Shown here: one piece after another, positions 14,801-15,335 of the stretch
How the letters are laid out: the number at the start of each line of letters is the position of its first letter
How positions within the stretch are numbered: the first letter of the stretch is position 1
Origin: an uncultured Candidatus Poseidoniales archaeon
GTDB taxonomy: Archaea; Thermoplasmatota; Poseidoniia; Poseidoniales; Thalassarchaeaceae
Length of the DNA stretch: 15,335 nt
Reading direction: 5' to 3'
Assembly: GCA_964645485.1 (NCBI GenBank)
Contig: CAZXZO010000023.1
Location: 9,831 to 25,165, forward strand
The notes under the pieces: model-generated
Seen by the model: only the letters and a program-made list of their open reading frames with translations
Told to the model about the DNA's origin: nothing
Databases searched by the model: none
Program-made: the position numbers and the translations under genes

Positions 14801-15335
14801 CATCATTTTGGAGTTACTGAAGCACCAAAGGTGGTTGACCCGATGGCTGGATACAAGCCTTCTAAGAAAGCAAGAGCTGCTGCGCGCCAAGCATTCACTA
14901 AAATGCAACCACAAATGCCTCCCCAACAACAGACTGGATATCAGCAAGTGCCACAAATGGCGAGCCCTGGCTATCCTCAATCACCTACAGCACCAGCAGC
15001 GTCGGCAATTGAAAACCCTCCTCAACAAGTTGAACAAGCAGCACCTGAAGTATGGACAAATTCCACATCAGACACCCAAGTCAGTCAAGAATCTGGTTTA
15101 GATGAATCAACATGGACAACTGAACAAGTTTGGCAATGGGGAAGAACTCAAGGCTGGAACGATGAGCAAATTGCTGCCTACGAACTGGTGTATGACCAAA
15201 GTGTTCGAAACCCAGTACCACAATCTAGTGAACCTGTGGCAGTCTCTAAAACAGTACAGCAAGAAGTTGTAACTATTGAGGAAAATGTTGAGACAGCACC
15301 TCTCTCACCAGCACAAACCGTGGAGGAGGAATTAC
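11825..15335 (+). CDS. P2: single-pass surface protein paralogous to P1, 3'-partial (at least 1170 aa): signal peptide, 1 DNRLRE/CBM96-like module, 8 Ig-like repeats, TM helix, Pro/Gln-rich tail
   Basis: Translated by hand: MFRNPLISLMIAIIVVSPWTIALQNRDF... stays open to the window end (1170 codons + 1 nt), so the ORF track omits it. The module spans 12035-12550 (QDTWL...GWIEVDVT...FHSSE...RPHLNVTY). TM segment LWAGIGLIVVLFALLIV (14708-14758) is followed by RLRNKSR. Confidence 0.95.
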   Translation, partial: MFRNPLISLMIAIIVVSPWTIALQNRDFIDNTEVFNSSTPPSPNDDDYTDYGNGSAANSYWVGASGNPGIQDTWLSAAQPTSNYGSDTELKAGFSANASSRWNTLFGIELSQAGMFTNVTIQSATLALNVKQLSGQPEIRSWVVYDEDWDADTTDWNSWSVGGALGNDDSGGLMDEVTITSRGWIEVDVTRSVEVAYDRYINGNDPSASVLLTGPAWGEEWATFHSSEYVFSSERPHLNVTYDWGVTGLPITTQWVDVFPKPPHRIDADNLLNLAAQARSGTGYPTTGMASWSSSTGSVDSGGLFTPDLSGTTQITATIGGVQGSLELQVDPGTPVNLDLETKSVELTIDDYFQFNSTFVDANGNSVDSATLTWYSDYGTVNETGYYQPTTVGSDQVTVTWQSLFATADITVSAGAPANILIESNLSVASGEQVAIIYTVADRLGNLLPNQAAGSINWEVESGQVDGVGIFTGGEVGTWRINATSTSGASGHTYVEVTPGALSSIELIPPNGSQPADQPVLLIVNWQDVMGNVVPVRIPLSNWTAEDGNFRMTPAGVEWLPRREGVWQVGVHVEEEWSNITINVTHGSVDRLLIATETEVMSADAILPLTLSAEDSKGNRWQVDGSWSILEPEGAPWLSPVENGAQFEGVLIGNWTIKAEYSDGNNVFSTLLVLQVIPGSLAQIILQGEGSKVSADSWIDFEPTFFDEDGNQLSDIQLNWSFVHQGSQTDRTEEMRTNNAIWYPVLSGHHEIEVEAAGVFASLGIDIDPGIAHTIRALETHGVVVESGNITSIQINATDLDGNDFGSDVTWSIPHSSVDLANGTRAGEYLLRGIRAGTHNLQFQSGLADGTVTVTVLSGDVVKIEVNIAKENVKTGDIVDVEVNAFDYGGNKIPLNPDSVQLSSSAGNFGHSTGDFWQMAIQNSGSQQRINVVYGTAQGEAYIDVSPDPFRAFGDSNLATSLWAGIGLIVVLFALLIVRLRNKSREEEDALDHHFGVTEAPKVVDPMAGYKPSKKARAAARQAFTKMQPQMPPQQQTGYQQVPQMASPGYPQSPTAPAASAIENPPQQVEQAAPEVWTNSTSDTQVSQESGLDESTWTTEQVWQWGRTQGWNDEQIAAYELVYDQSVRNPVPQSSEPVAVSKTVQQEVVTIEENVETAPLSPAQTVEEEL
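12587..14668 (+). repeat. protein-level array of eight Ig-like stalk repeats in P2, collinear with those of P1
   Basis: Units end in VDPG, VSAG, VTPG, VTHG, VIPG, IDPG, VLSG and VSPD. Turn motifs in repeats 2-8 are DANGN, DRLGN, DVMGN, DSKGN, DEDGN, DLDGN and DYGGN. Confidence 0.75.

Noticed and set aside
2752-15101. Numerous 60-140-aa ORFs antisense or out of frame within P1 and P2 (for example 8298..8678, 11283..11711, 13303..13674, 14790..15101)
   Set aside because: They lie entirely within long, motif-supported genes and have no recognisable motifs, so they are expected shadow ORFs.

Overview
Archaeal genomic window. The style of the proteins suggests marine Thermoplasmatota (Marine Group II / Ca. 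Poseidoniales); this is an inference, not a search result. The left end is housekeeping: an intron-containing elongator tRNA-Met(CAT) on the minus strand (42-170, 56-nt intron in a bulge-helix-bulge motif), a 3-TM membrane protein with a C-terminal extracellular domain (possibly EMC6-like), a probable 64-aa ORF, and replication factor C small subunit. The remaining ~12.7 kb holds two tandem, paralogous, single-pass surface proteins. P1 (~3042 aa, 2579-11707) has a signal peptide, seven DNRLRE/CBM96-like modules separated by six FN3-like spacers, eight Ig-like repeats, a TM helix and an acidic tail ending in a Trp-rich mini-domain. P2 (11825 to beyond 15335, at least 1170 aa) is missing from the ORF track because it has no stop in the window. 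It has a signal peptide, one DNRLRE/CBM96-like module, an eight-Ig stalk matching P1 repeat for repeat, a TM helix and a Pro/Gln-rich tail. A perfect 12-bp inverted repeat lies between the two genes. The best candidate for an undescribed system is this long/short pair of putative glycan-binding surface proteins with matched stalks and different cytoplasmic tails. I recognised no catalytic domain, mobile element or CRISPR array.
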